Positions 8,550 to 18,523 are shown, numbered from the stretch's first letter. The stretch: 21,494 nucleotides of DNA from Prasinococcaceae sp. CCMP 1430 (GCA_013416795.1 RQSC01000639.1:1-21494), one strand, 5' to 3'. Program-made: numbers and translations. The notes: a model not told the origin generated them from the letters alone.

Positions 8550-9506
8550 TCACGCCTGCACCTTGAGGGGCGACTCCCCATCGGGCACGAACGACTCGCC
8601 GCCCGCCAGCAGCGTCTTCATCACCTGCTTGCGCAGCTTGTCCTCGCGCGCGTCGATCTTGCGGTTGACGTCGTCGACGAGGATCTGGAGCTGCGTCTTG
8701 TACCACTCTACCAGCTGCGCGTCCTTCGAGAGGCCGAGAAAGCCCGCGTTCTCCGGCTCGGACATCTTGGCCTCGAAGAAGTCGGCCCACGCCGCGCTCG
8801 CAGCGGCCGCCTCCTTCCCCTCCGGGGTGGCCTGCGGGAGGGGCACCTCGGCGCCGGTCTCGCGCTCGATGCGGTCAAGCGCGGCGGTGAGCTCGCTGTG
8901 CACCTTGTCGTAGTTCTTGTAGCGCAGCGTCACCACCATGGTGTCGCGCGCCAGCGCCAGCAACTCGCGCATGGACCCCGCGCGCGCCTTCGCCATCGTG
9001 AAGGCCATCTCCATCTCCGCGAACTTGTCCGGGATACCGAACTTCTTCTCAAGCTCGATCTTCTTCTTCGCCCACGCGTCCGCCTTGGCCATCACGCCGT
9101 CGTCGAGCTTGAGCGCCTCGACGGAGGCGTCGATAAAGTTCCGGCGAGCCTTGAGCGACTCAACGAGCATCGACTGCAGCGGGTCAACGGCCGGGGTCGA
9201 CAGCGCCGCGGCAGGATCGACAGCGGGCGAGCCCGCAGCGGCGGCGGGCGCGGTGCGGAGGCCGCGCGCCGACATGCGACGCGCCTGCCGTGACCAAGCG
9301 CACGCAATTGCGCGGGAGGGGAGGCGCGTCGCGTCAGCCTCGGCAAACACACGCAGCTCGCCGCGCTGCGCCGCGCAGCGAGAGGTCTGCTGCGCGACCC
9401 CCCAACACCAACACCGCGACACGACGCGCGATGGCGCCCGCGCGCGACATCGCACGGGGGCGCGCCCGCTCCCTCCCACATCCCGACCGCGCCTGGCGCA
9501 CGCCAT
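8550..9506 (-). CDS. Putative mitochondrial ATP synthase peripheral-stalk 24-kDa subunit (plant FAd/MGP1-like, possibly related to chlorophycean ASA4)
   Basis: The main exon 8550-9284 encodes a helical protein. Its segments LTAALDRIERETGAEVPL..PEG and FLGLSKDAQL resemble, by eye, plant FAd ALEKVEKDIKKPL..DKKG and KLGIRKEDL. The N-terminus is Arg/Ala-rich and presequence-like. The likely first exon starts at ATG 9506 (gtccATGg) with a phase-0 donor at 9479 or 9455 and the acceptor at 9285. Confidence 0.55.
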   Translation of the reverse strand: MACARRGRDVGGSGRAPVRCRARAPSRVVSRCWCWGVAQQTSRCAAQRGELRVFAEADATRLPSRAIACAWSRQARRMSARGLRTAPAAAAGSPAVDPAAALSTPAVDPLQSMLVESLKARRNFIDASVEALKLDDGVMAKADAWAKKKIELEKKFGIPDKFAEMEMAFTMAKARAGSMRELLALARDTMVVTLRYKNYDKVHSELTAALDRIERETGAEVPLPQATPEGKEAAAASAAWADFFEAKMSEPENAGFLGLSKDAQLVEWYKTQLQILVDDVNRKIDAREDKLRKQVMKTLLAGGESFVPDGESPLKVQA

Positions 9507-10164
9507 GGACGACTCGATCCCCCATCAAAGCCGACGACATTCCCGCCGGCGCCCCTGCGCGCCCCTACCCCATCCCCCTAGTCCCTCCCTGCACCCCCCT
9601 ACCCACGCGCGCGCGCGCGGGCGCTTGGGGTGGCCCCCTGGGCATTTAGGGTTGGCAAGCGACCGCGCCGCGCCCCAGGGCGCGCCGCGGTCTGCGCCGG
9701 CTGCTGCGGCAGACGCGGCCTCCACGCCCCCATCGCGCCCTCGTCTCATCCCCCACCCCTACCCCCCCGCGTGCGCACGTACCACCGAGGCGAGGCCGTG
9801 GCGCATCATGGCTGCGGGCGCGCGGCGCGGGTCGCACGCGCTGTGGAGCAGCGGTGGTTGGGGGGGGCGCGCGTGCACGGCACGCGCACGCGAAATCTTG
9901 CGCCCAGTTTTTTTTGGGGGGGTCGGGCGGAAGTTTGCGCTCGCAGCCCGCGGACGCACATGCGTTCTGACGAGGGCGTCGTGCGCGCGCCACGCGAAAA
10001 AAAGCACGCCCGAAAGCATGCATTTTGATGAGTGTATGGCTCTCCCGTGGGTTTGTGGCGCGGGCAGGCTCGGCCCGGGGGTGGCAGTGGACGTGCGGAG
10101 CCTCCTGCAGCTCGCCATGCGTGGCAGGGAGTCGTGGCGCTGCACGTGTACAAGCACCGGTACT

Positions 10165-10169
10165 TTACA
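10165..10169 (-). terminator. TGTAA poly(A) signal of SLBP
   Basis: TTACA on the + strand, about 16 nt downstream of the predicted stop at 10185. This also supports the spliced model. Confidence 0.6.
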
Positions 10170-10184
10170 TACATGTTAGAGGGC

Positions 10185-10993
10185 TCAGTCGAACTCCCAT
10201 GCGGAGCCGTAGATGGCAGCTTCGTTGAAGGCCTCTCTGCGGGGCGCGTCGCTGGGCTCAGGCTGGGGAGCGGGCTCTGGTGCTGCCGCGGCTGAAAGCA
10301 CGTCGTGTGAAGTGTCAGCTCACCGCAGGAGTCCAGGTGGGCATTGCGCTCACGCACGGAAGCAAGCCAGCGCGTCGCACCTCGCTCGCTCTGTTGAGCT
10401 TCCATCTCCATGGCGCGCTCGGCGTCTTCCTTGCTCGCGCGGCCGTCCTTGCCATCGCCCTTCGGATCCCAGTCGTGCAGCCTGCGCCGCCAGGCCTTGA
10501 CGATGCCATCGAACTGGCGCTTCGAAGCGATCATGTGTATGTCGGGCGTCTGTGGGTCGCTGCGCCTGCGCTTGTGCTTCGGCACCGCCCGTATGTAGTT
10601 GACGTAGCCGAGCGTATTCTTGCCCATGTCGATGCGCTTCTGCCGCTGCGAGAGGCGGTGCTGGTCGCTCTCCACGTGCTTGAAGTCGGTGGTGGCACGC
10701 GCCGAGCCCAAGGCGGGCACCTCAAAGAGCGCCGATGTGTCGGCGATGGCTATTGTCGCCGCGACCCTCCGCGCGGACGGTTTCGAGGGCAGGAGCTGCA
10801 CGCCCGTGCGCCCGCGCCACCCCGCGCGCATCGGATGGATCCCCCCATGTCCGCCACTGCCGCGGTCGCCGCCGCCGTCGCCGCCGCCGCGGTGGCGCTT
10901 GAAGCTATGCTCGCGGTGCTCAGACGTGTCCGGCGCACCAGTGCCGCGGCCGTCGTCCCGGGGTCGCTTCACCGCAACGGATGCAGGCGCCAT
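10185..10993 (-). CDS. SLBP: Histone RNA stem-loop binding protein; exons 10993-10381 and 10291-10185, 239 aa
   Basis: RNA-binding domain ESDQHRLSQRQKRIDMGKNTLGYVNYIRAVPK...PQTPD...SKRQFDGIVKAWRRRLHDWDP (about 10463-10672). Intron 10380-10292 has GTGCGA, a GCTGAC branch point and TTTCAG. TGTAA lies 16 nt after the stop. Confidence 0.92.
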
Positions 10994-11147
10994 GGCCGCA
11001 CCCGCGGCGGCAGAGTGGCGCGCCCGCGCACCAACATGGTCATCAAGACTGCAATTCGCGGCCGTGTTTTGGAGACCAGGACATCTCGAGTCCGACTCTG
11101 CCGGCACGGTCCCGCGCCCCCCGCGCGCCACACTTGCACGCACGTGC

Positions 11148-11186
11148 GGGGTGTTTGGGAGGGGACAGGGGGAGGGGGGGGGGGGG
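11148..11186 (+). promoter_or_regulatory. G-run tract with G-quadruplex potential immediately upstream of the THOC7 ATG
   Basis: Runs of G4, G3, G4, G5 and G13 with short loops, ending 7 nt before ATG 11194. It lies in the 200-bp SLBP/THOC7 divergent region. Function is inferred only. Confidence 0.5.
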
Positions 11187-11193
11187 AGCGATC

Positions 11194-12137
11194 ATGGACG
11201 AGGAGGCGCTGATCGCGTCACGCCTGCTCACCAAGACGACCTCCATCAGCAAGGCGCCTCCTCCGCTGCGCGCGCTCGCGGGCAAGCTCGCCGCGCTCGT
11301 GGCGGCGGCCGGTAAGGTGAGGCAGGGCTGCGACCGCGCGGGGGCGGGCGTACTGCAGTCGGCCGCGCGTGAGGCGGGCGCACTGCAGTCGGACGCGCGT
11401 GGCGTCGTGTTCGCTCGTGGCGAAATCCAGGGGCGCGAGCGCACCGGGCGCGCGCGCCCGGCGCGCTGCTGCGGACCGCGGCTGCGCAGCTCTTCGCATG
11501 GCGCACGCATGTGCGGGCTGGGGGCACACGGTGCCACATGCTGCCACTGACACGCCGCCTGCACGCCCGTCTGTCCCTGCCTACTTGCCTACAGGATGAC
11601 GAGGAGGCGTGCGCGGCGGCGCATGAGGCGCTCTGCAAGGAGATCGCGCTGCAGGACTTTGCGGGTTCCAAGTACGGTTCGAGCGCGCGCGCCCTGCGCC
11701 GCGAGTGCGGCGTGTACGCATCGCAGGAGGCCACGCTGCAGGCGGACATCGCTGCCACCAAGGAGGAGATTGAGGTTCTCAAGCGCGGTCTCGCCGACGC
11801 GCGTGCACAGCGCGCGCGCAACGAGCAGTACGACGCGCTGCGCGGCGCTGCTGCCGCACACCCGCCGCGTCATGAGACGACCGCGCGCATCGATGAGATC
11901 ACTGCAGACGTGAAGGCGCTCGAGAAACAGGCCGCGGAGGCGGACGGTCGCATGGAGATGCGGAAAAAGCAGTTTGTGCTGCTCCTTCAGGTTGCCGACG
12001 AGCTCACGCAGGAGCTCAGGGACGCGGAAGAGAAGGCCGCCGCGGTAAAGGGGGAGTGGGATGACGTTGCATCCGACGGCGAGGACGACGAGGAAGGCGC
12101 ACTCCCCGAGGAGGGTGAAATGGACATAGACAGATAA
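11194..12137 (+). CDS. THOC7: THO complex subunit 7; exons 11194-11316 and 11595-12137, 221 aa
   Basis: MDEEALIASRLL, RARNEQYDAL, HPPRHET, MEMRKKQFVLLL and an acidic tail. Intron 11317-11594 (GTGAGG..TACAG) is phase 0. Confidence 0.9.
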
Positions 12138-12201
12138 TAGTTGCTCGCATAGCACCGCTACTGTGCTGCGCAGAAAGTCGCGCGACAGCGCCGGGCGGAC
12201 A

Positions 12202-12206
12202 TGTAA
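12202..12206 (+). terminator. TGTAA poly(A) signal of THOC7
   Basis: TGTAA 64 nt after the stop codon. Confidence 0.55.
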
Positions 12207-12337
12207 TCTACGTCACAGCTACCTCTCGCGCCAGCGCAGTGCGCAGGCTCGACGCGCAGCCGGCATCCTGCCTGCCACCGCGCGAGGCAGGGCGCGAGAA
12301 AGAATTGTGTTTATCCTGGCCGCTCGGCAGCCATGGC

Positions 12338-12990
12338 TTAGTGTTTGGGCGGCACGTAGCCGTCCACGCTGAAATTGCGCGTCGCCCCGGGTATCGACAC
12401 CGTCATGCCGTCCAGCTCCTTGGTGGCGATGACCTGGCAGCCGAGGCGGCTCGTCTCGGTGAGGCCGAAAGCAAGGTCCAGCATGTCGTTCTCATCATCG
12501 TCCGGCTCCTCGAGCTTGTCGTAATACTCATCTTCGAGGACGATGTGGCACGTCGAGCACGCCAGGCTGCCCTCACACGCGCCCTCGAGCTCGATGTCGT
12601 GCTTGTGTGCGGCCTCAAGGAGCGACATGCCGGTGAGCACGTCCACGGTCACGCGCTCCCCGTCGCGTTCAACGAATGTGACGGAGATGGTATCGCCAGT
12701 GCCATCGCCCCCGCCCCCGTGCAGCGCAGGGCGCGACGCGAAAGTGGCGAAGTGCTTGGCGCCGCTCGCTGCCGCAGACGGCGCTGGCAACACATCCCCG
12801 TGGCGCTGGCAGCCGCACCCCGCAAGCGCACATAACGGCCTGTGTGTGCTACACGCCGCGCCCGCGCGCCCGCGCTGGGCGGCGCTGTGGGACCCCGCAG
12901 CGCGGCGTGCCGCAGCCGCATATCCCTCCTCGGCGTTTGCCAACACCGCGCGCGCTGCCGTGGCCACGGCCCCGCCCGCGCGGCGCNCAT
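12338..12990 (-). CDS. MFDX: Mitochondrial adrenodoxin-type [2Fe-2S] ferredoxin
   Basis: GACEGSLACSTCH (C-x5-C-x2-C), ENDMLDLAFGLTETSRLGCQ and the plant-like C-terminus TRNFSVDGYVPPKH, with an Arg/Ala presequence. ATG 12990 is 1 nt out of frame across the single N at 12987. Confidence 0.93.
12987..12987. other. Single-N assembly ambiguity of uncertain true length
   Basis: One N directly after the ferredoxin ATG on the minus strand. Confidence 1.
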
Positions 12991-13093
12991 GAAGAGGGGC
13001 GCCCCCGCGCAGGCACGCGGTGCGAACGCGGCCCTTTCGCGCCCTGCGGGTGCGGCGGTCGCTGCGGCGCCCCCCGAGCCCATCCGTCGCGCT

Positions 13094-13601
13094 ATGAGCA
13101 AGCTCGCGGAGCTCCGAGCTGCACGTGCACGAGCTGAGATCCCTCTCGCCGTGCCAGCGGTGACCTACCACGAGTTCAGCTGCTTCTCGGGCGTGCTGCC
13201 ACTTGACGGTGTCCCGCCGCGCGCAGTTTGGGAGCCCACAGGAGTGGGCCAGCCCACACGCGTAGCGGCAGAGGACGAGATCGCCAGGCTTGTGACCTTG
13301 GCGACCGCTGCGGCGAAGGTTCGTGAAGGCGTCCGCGCGCGCGCCGGTGCGCGTGGCCGCCGCCGTCGAGGGCACGCAGGCGCCGCGTCCGGAGTGCCGC
13401 GGCGGCAACGTCTACCACGAGTGCGGGCGCGAGTGTTTCTGTCCAACAGACGGGGGAGACAAGGACGTGCTCGTGTGCACCAACATCGCCTGCCGGCCGG
13501 GTTGCTACTGCCCCGAGGGCCTCCTGCGCGCGGACGACGGCCAGTGCTTCGCCCCAGAGAAGTGCCCGTCAGGTCAGTTCGAAGGATTTCTCTGGCTCTA
13601 G
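13094..13601 (+). CDS. Protein with a C-terminal TIL (trypsin-inhibitor-like, 10-Cys) domain; proposed exons 13094-13318 and 13380-13601
   Basis: The pattern C-x8-C-x3-C-x-C-x11-C-x4-C-x3-C-x-C-x11-C-x5-C at 13395-13565 fits TIL. The domain's own frame has a stop at 13293 and no ATG. A 61-nt intron 13319-13379 (AAG|GTTCGT..CGCAG|GCG) joins it in frame to the upstream ORF. The start could be 13094, 12989 or beyond the N. Confidence 0.6.
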
Positions 13602-13872
13602 CGCGTGGTCGAAGAGATGAGAACGACACGCGCCGGCGCGAGAGCGCGCTGCGCTCGCGCGCCGAGCGGCTCGAGGCGCGCGCGGGGGAGCTGCACGAGA
13701 GGTGCGGGACCATGCAAAACTTCGAATCTGTATGTGTATTGCCACGGCAGCAGTGAGCCTGTGCACGTGTGGTAGTGTGCTTCTGGAGTGGAAGAGAGGT
13801 GCTTGCGCTCAGCTCGCCTGCGACAGCCAGTGGCCTGTGTGCACGCGCGCAACCCTTGAGTCTGCCTGCTTT

Positions 13873-15068
13873 CTACGCTGGTCCTTGCTGGTCGATCTGG
13901 CCGCCGTTGTTCCCGTGCTGACCGTGGTTCCCGATGAAAGGGTTCTTTCCGTCGGCGGGGAGGTCAGACAGGGTGTGGTTCACGTGCCGATGACACGCTT
14001 CGTCCGCGCGTACGGCCATGAGCACATCGCGCATGACGGCGTCCTCACTCAGCTGCCAGTACTTGATCGCAATGGCGGGTGCTGGCTTGTTCTCCCACTC
14101 CGGGAGCTTGCCCGAGTCCAAGTCCTCGATGGCACGGCTGTACGTCTTGACGGCCTCCTCCTCGAGATATCCCACAGCTGCGTGGCAGAGCTTCGGGCTC
14201 ACACAATACATCAAGAAGAAAAAATTCGCGAAGATGCCCTGAGCGAGGACGACCATCCCGCGGAAGAGGATCCCTGGCTCGCGTAGGCTCATGAACGTGA
14301 GAAGGTGCATTCTGATGCGAAGGAACAGGGATAGACGGGTTGGGCGTACAAGGCGCGTGCGGAGAGGGGTGAGCCACGCTGCGCGCAGCGCGCGCAGCGC
14401 AGCGCGCGCAGCGCAGCGCGCGCAGCGCAGCGCCGAGCGCGGGCGGCGCGCGCGCCGTGTCCGGGCCTCCGCCCTCGCCCGGATCGCTCACCTCTCGTTT
14501 TCTGCCTCCTCGAGCAGAGTATGTATCCAGCCGTTGTCGCGTTGCATCAGGCGTAGCGATCGCAGGTGCCTGAGCATTCCCGCCACCATCCCTGGAACTC
14601 CAGCGATTGTTTCAAGGAAGATCATGCGCTGCAGCCACTTCGACTCGGTCATGTTGGGGCCATACCCTGTGGCCGTGTCGAACGCGAGCCGTACCGTCGA
14701 CACGCCGAGGAGCGCAGCGCGCTGCGCGATCGTTGCAGGTGCCTTGTGTGTAATCTGCACAGACGTCAAATCAGACTGGCTGTAGATGGGCTGAAATAGC
14801 CAGTATGTGTTGCCAGCCTCGCTGCGCTTCAGGCCAGGGTGCAGAGCGGGGGGCTTCTCCTCGTCGGACGCGGACGACTCCGCCTGTGGCGCGCTGTCGC
14901 CTGACTCGCTGGTGCTCCAGTTGTCCTCGATGGGGTTCGCCACTGCAGCGTGCGCGGCGCCGAGGCTCGGCTTGCTGGGCGCGGGCGACGCGACCGCTGT
15001 GGCCGCAGCACTCATGAAGCGCACGCGGGCCACCTCCAGATTCTCTCGGCGCCCGCGACGTTCCCCAT
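13873..15068 (-). CDS. AOX: Mitochondrial alternative oxidase (5' end probably in the gap); exons at least 15015-14492 and 14311-13873
   Basis: Di-iron motifs FLETIAGVPG, LLEEAENER-MHL, GYLEEEA and RADEACH. Intron 14491-14312 (GTGAGC..ATCAG, phase 2) restores ENERMHL. Confidence 0.97.
14388..14429. repeat. Tandem repeat (GCGCGCGCAGCGCA)x3 inside the AOX intron
   Basis: Three perfect 14-bp units at 14388, 14402 and 14416, with partial copies on both sides. Confidence 0.9.
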
Positions 15069-15141
15069 CTGCGTCCACGCCCCAGCGCGCCGGCGCGTGC
15101 AGCGCCGCCCTCGGCTGCCGCAGCGCGCCCACCGCGGGCGC

Positions 15142-15638
15142 NNNNNNNNNNNNNNNNNNNNNNNNNNNNNNNNNNNNNNNNNNNNNNNNNNNNNNNNNNN
15201 NNNNNNNNNNNNNNNNNNNNNNNNNNNNNNNNNNNNNNNNNNNNNNNNNNNNNNNNNNNNNNNNNNNNNNNNNNNNNNNNNNNNNNNNNNNNNNNNNNNN
15301 NNNNNNNNNNNNNNNNNNNNNNNNNNNNNNNNNNNNNNNNNNNNNNNNNNNNNNNNNNNNNNNNNNNNNNNNNNNNNNNNNNNNNNNNNNNNNNNNNNNN
15401 NNNNNNNNNNNNNNNNNNNNNNNNNNNNNNNNNNNNNNNNNNNNNNNNNNNNNNNNNNNNNNNNNNNNNNNNNNNNNNNNNNNNNNNNNNNNNNNNNNNN
15501 NNNNNNNNNNNNNNNNNNNNNNNNNNNNNNNNNNNNNNNNNNNNNNNNNNNNNNNNNNNNNNNNNNNNNNNNNNNNNNNNNNNNNNNNNNNNNNNNNNNN
15601 NNNNNNNNNNNNNNNNNNNNNNNNNNNNNNNNNNNNNN
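15142..15638. other. Assembly gap (497 N), probably covering the AOX and DDX24 start codons and their shared promoter
   Basis: N run between two divergent genes. The DDX24 frame has no ATG between the gap and its conserved N-terminal motif. Confidence 0.95.
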
Positions 15639-15640
15639 CG

Positions 15641-18504
15641 CGGCGGCGGCCGGCGGCGGCGGCAGTGGTGGCCTCTGGGCGCGGGGCGCCTCGCCCTCGG
15701 CGGCGAGCCGGCGTGCGCTCTTACTGCCGTCGCAACAGCAGCAGCCGCAGCCACAGCTACCGCTGCAGCAGCGGCAGCGGCGGTGCGAAGCGGGCGCGGC
15801 CGGCGCGGCCGGCATGGGAGACGCTGAACTGGGCATCGGTCGGCGGCACGGAGAAGGTCATCCACGGTGCGGAGGATGGCGCGGGCGGCTTCATGTCGCT
15901 CGAGGTCATAGACGCGTCCGAGGTCGACGGCTTCCTTGCCCTCAGCGGCGTGGGCGATGCGCAGGCCGCTGCCAGCAGTGGGGATGTGCGCGAGAAGGCG
16001 GTGAAGGCCAAGAAAGGGGGCAAGGCCAAGGCAACGGCCGCGGCCGCGCCGCCGGCCTTGGCAGACGCAGCGGCACCCACTGAGCGTGCCGATGCTGCGG
16101 AGCGAGGCGCCGGCACGCTGGCGCAGCGAGGACAGCAGAAGAAGAAAAAGAAGCTGCGCGGCCCGCGAAACAAGAAGAAAGCCGCGGCACTCAAGCAGGC
16201 CAAGGAGGCGCAGCGAGCTGCTGCAAAGGGCGCCGAGGGGGGTGACGTCGCCGGCACTGACACGGGTGCGGTGGAGCGCAGCAACGTGCTCCCCGCGTCG
16301 GGCGCCTCGTCGCTGGCGGGCACGGCGTGGGCCGCGTTCGGGCTGCACCCGCTGCTCGAGCGCGGGCTTGCGGACCTGGGCTTCACCTCGCCGACGCCCA
16401 TCCAGAGCGAATGCGTGCCATCCGCGGCGCGAGGCCGCTCCGACATCGTGGGTGCTGCCGAGACGGGCTCTGGTAAGACCCTCGCGTTCGGGCTGCCCGT
16501 TCTTCATCGGTTGCTGGAGGAACGCGACGCGCTGGAGGCCGACGGTCTCGAGCCCGATGCACGCCTCCGCGCGCTCATCATCTGCCCCACGCGCGAGCTC
16601 GCGCTGCAGGTGAAGGATCACATGGCCAGCGTTGCAAAGCACGTGGGCAAGGGGCTGCGTGTGGTGCCCATCGTGGGCGGCATGGCTCAGCAGAAGCAAG
16701 AGCGCCTGCTGCGCGCGCGGCCGGCCGTCGTGGTGGCCACGCCAGGCCGCTTGTGGGAGCTCATGAGCAACGGCGACGCGCACCTCAGCGACCTGTCGGG
16801 GCTGCGCTTCTTCGTCCTCGACGAGGCCGACCGCATGGTGCGTCCTTGGCTGCGCGTTGACGTTGCCTCTTGCCGATGCCGCTGCGCTGAGCGCGCGGCG
16901 CGCGCGCATACTGACTGTGCGAGCGCGTACGCTGACCCGCGCGTGCGGTCCTGCTGGTGCTGGCGCAGGTCGAGCACGGCCACTTCGCCGAGCTGGAGAG
17001 CATCTTAGAGAGGCTACCTCCGCACGCCGGCCAGGAAGGCGCGGCGGGCGCTGCCGGTGGCCGAACCGATCTCGAGCGCGCGGAGGAGGAGCGCGAGCGG
17101 CGGCGCTTGCGAAATGAAGGCGTGATGCGGCGTGTTGGCAACGCACGCGGCTCGCTCGGGGCACCTATCCGCAAGGGCGGATCCGAGGAGGACGACGGGG
17201 AGGAGCGTCACGATGGCGAGCCCCATGGCAGCGACGTGGACGGCAGCGATGAGGAAGTGGAAGCTATCGACCTGCAAGGGCATGACAGTGAGGGCGACGA
17301 CAAAGATGCCGGAGGGGGCGTCGTGGAGACTGGTTACGGAGGAGCAGGTGCCGGAGTGGATGCCGACGAGGACCACGCGGCTGGGGACGCGCCTGTGCGC
17401 CAGACGTTTGTGTTCTCCGCGACGCTCTCCGTGCCGCCTTCTGTGGCCGCGCGGCTGGGGCGCCGCCACCACTCGAGCCGGCCCCCATCTGGCCCTCTCG
17501 AGCAGCTCATGGCGAAGGTGACCTTCGCGTCCACTCCCAAACTCGTGGACCTGACCAGTAGCACCGTGGTGGCCGCGAATCTGCTCGAGGCCGCTGTAGA
17601 TGTGGAAGAGGACGACAAGGACAGCGTGCTGTTCCATCTCGTTCGCGCGCACCCCGGACGGTGCATGGTGTTCACGTCCACCATCGCAGCTGCGCGGCGC
17701 GCGGCGGCGCTGCTGGTGACGCTCGGCGTGAAGGCGCAGGCGCTGCACGCGGGGATGCAGCAGCGCCAGCGCCTCAAGGCACTCGATAGGTTCAAGGCGG
17801 CGCGCGATGACGAGGGCGCGCGCGAGCCGTGTGTGTTGGTCTCCACCGACGTGGCCGCGCGTGGCCTGGACATTCCTGACGTGCGGCTCGTTGTGCACTA
17901 CCAGCTGCCACAGTCGGCGGACACGTACGTGCACCGCGCGGGTCGCACGGCACGAGCCAACCGCGACGGCGCGTCGCTCGTTATGGTGGGGGCAAAGGAC
18001 CGCGGCAAGTATGTGGCGCTGTGTCGCGCTCTCGGACGCGACGGCGTCATGTCCGACTTTCCGATGGACCCACAGCAGCTCGCGAGCGCGGGCAAGGCTG
18101 TGCGCCTCGCGGAGAAGATCGACGCCAAGGACAGGGTGCTGCGGCGCGAGAAGGCCGAGGACAGTTGGGCGAGGCGCACGGCCGAGGCGGCGGGTATTGA
18201 GTTGGACGACGACGAGCTTGAAGCACACGAGCGCGAGGAGTCTACGGCGCGAGACTGCGCGCGCGCGCGAAAGGCAGCCGCAGAGGTGAAGAAGCTGCGA
18301 GCGCAGCTGAGCAAAGTCCTCGCGGCCCCCGTGGAGGCCATGCCGCGCACGCACATTGCGCGCGAGGCGGGCGGGCTGGCCAAGCGCTGGAAGGTAAGCG
18401 CGAGTGGGCAGCTCGCTCTCGCGGCGGATACCCGTGAGGAGGCCGTCGAGACGCTGCGACGTGCGCAGGCGGATGAAGTGGCGGCGGAAGCGATGGAGGA
18501 GTGA
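15641..18504 (+). CDS. DDX24: DEAD-box RNA helicase DDX24/MAK5-like (5' incomplete); intron 16838-16968
   Basis: Family N-terminal [17 protein letters not shown] motif [34 protein letters not shown]|[25 protein letters not shown] and [11 protein letters not shown]. The intron has GTGCGT, a GCTGAC branch point and CGCAG. TGTAA lies at 18524. Confidence 0.93.
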
Positions 18505-18523
18505 GCCTAGGTGGCACGGCTGC

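Noticed and set aside
8938-10179. 413-aa + strand ORF, and similar Arg/Ala/Pro-rich overlapping ORFs throughout (e.g. 3964-5025, 10280-11212)
   Set aside because: Low-complexity translations overlapping better-supported genes or promoters on the other strand or frame.
14771-18354. Long minus-strand ORFs 14771-17164 and 17014-18354
   Set aside because: These are antisense shadows of DDX24, extended through the N gap. High GC3 makes stops rare, and there are no motifs.
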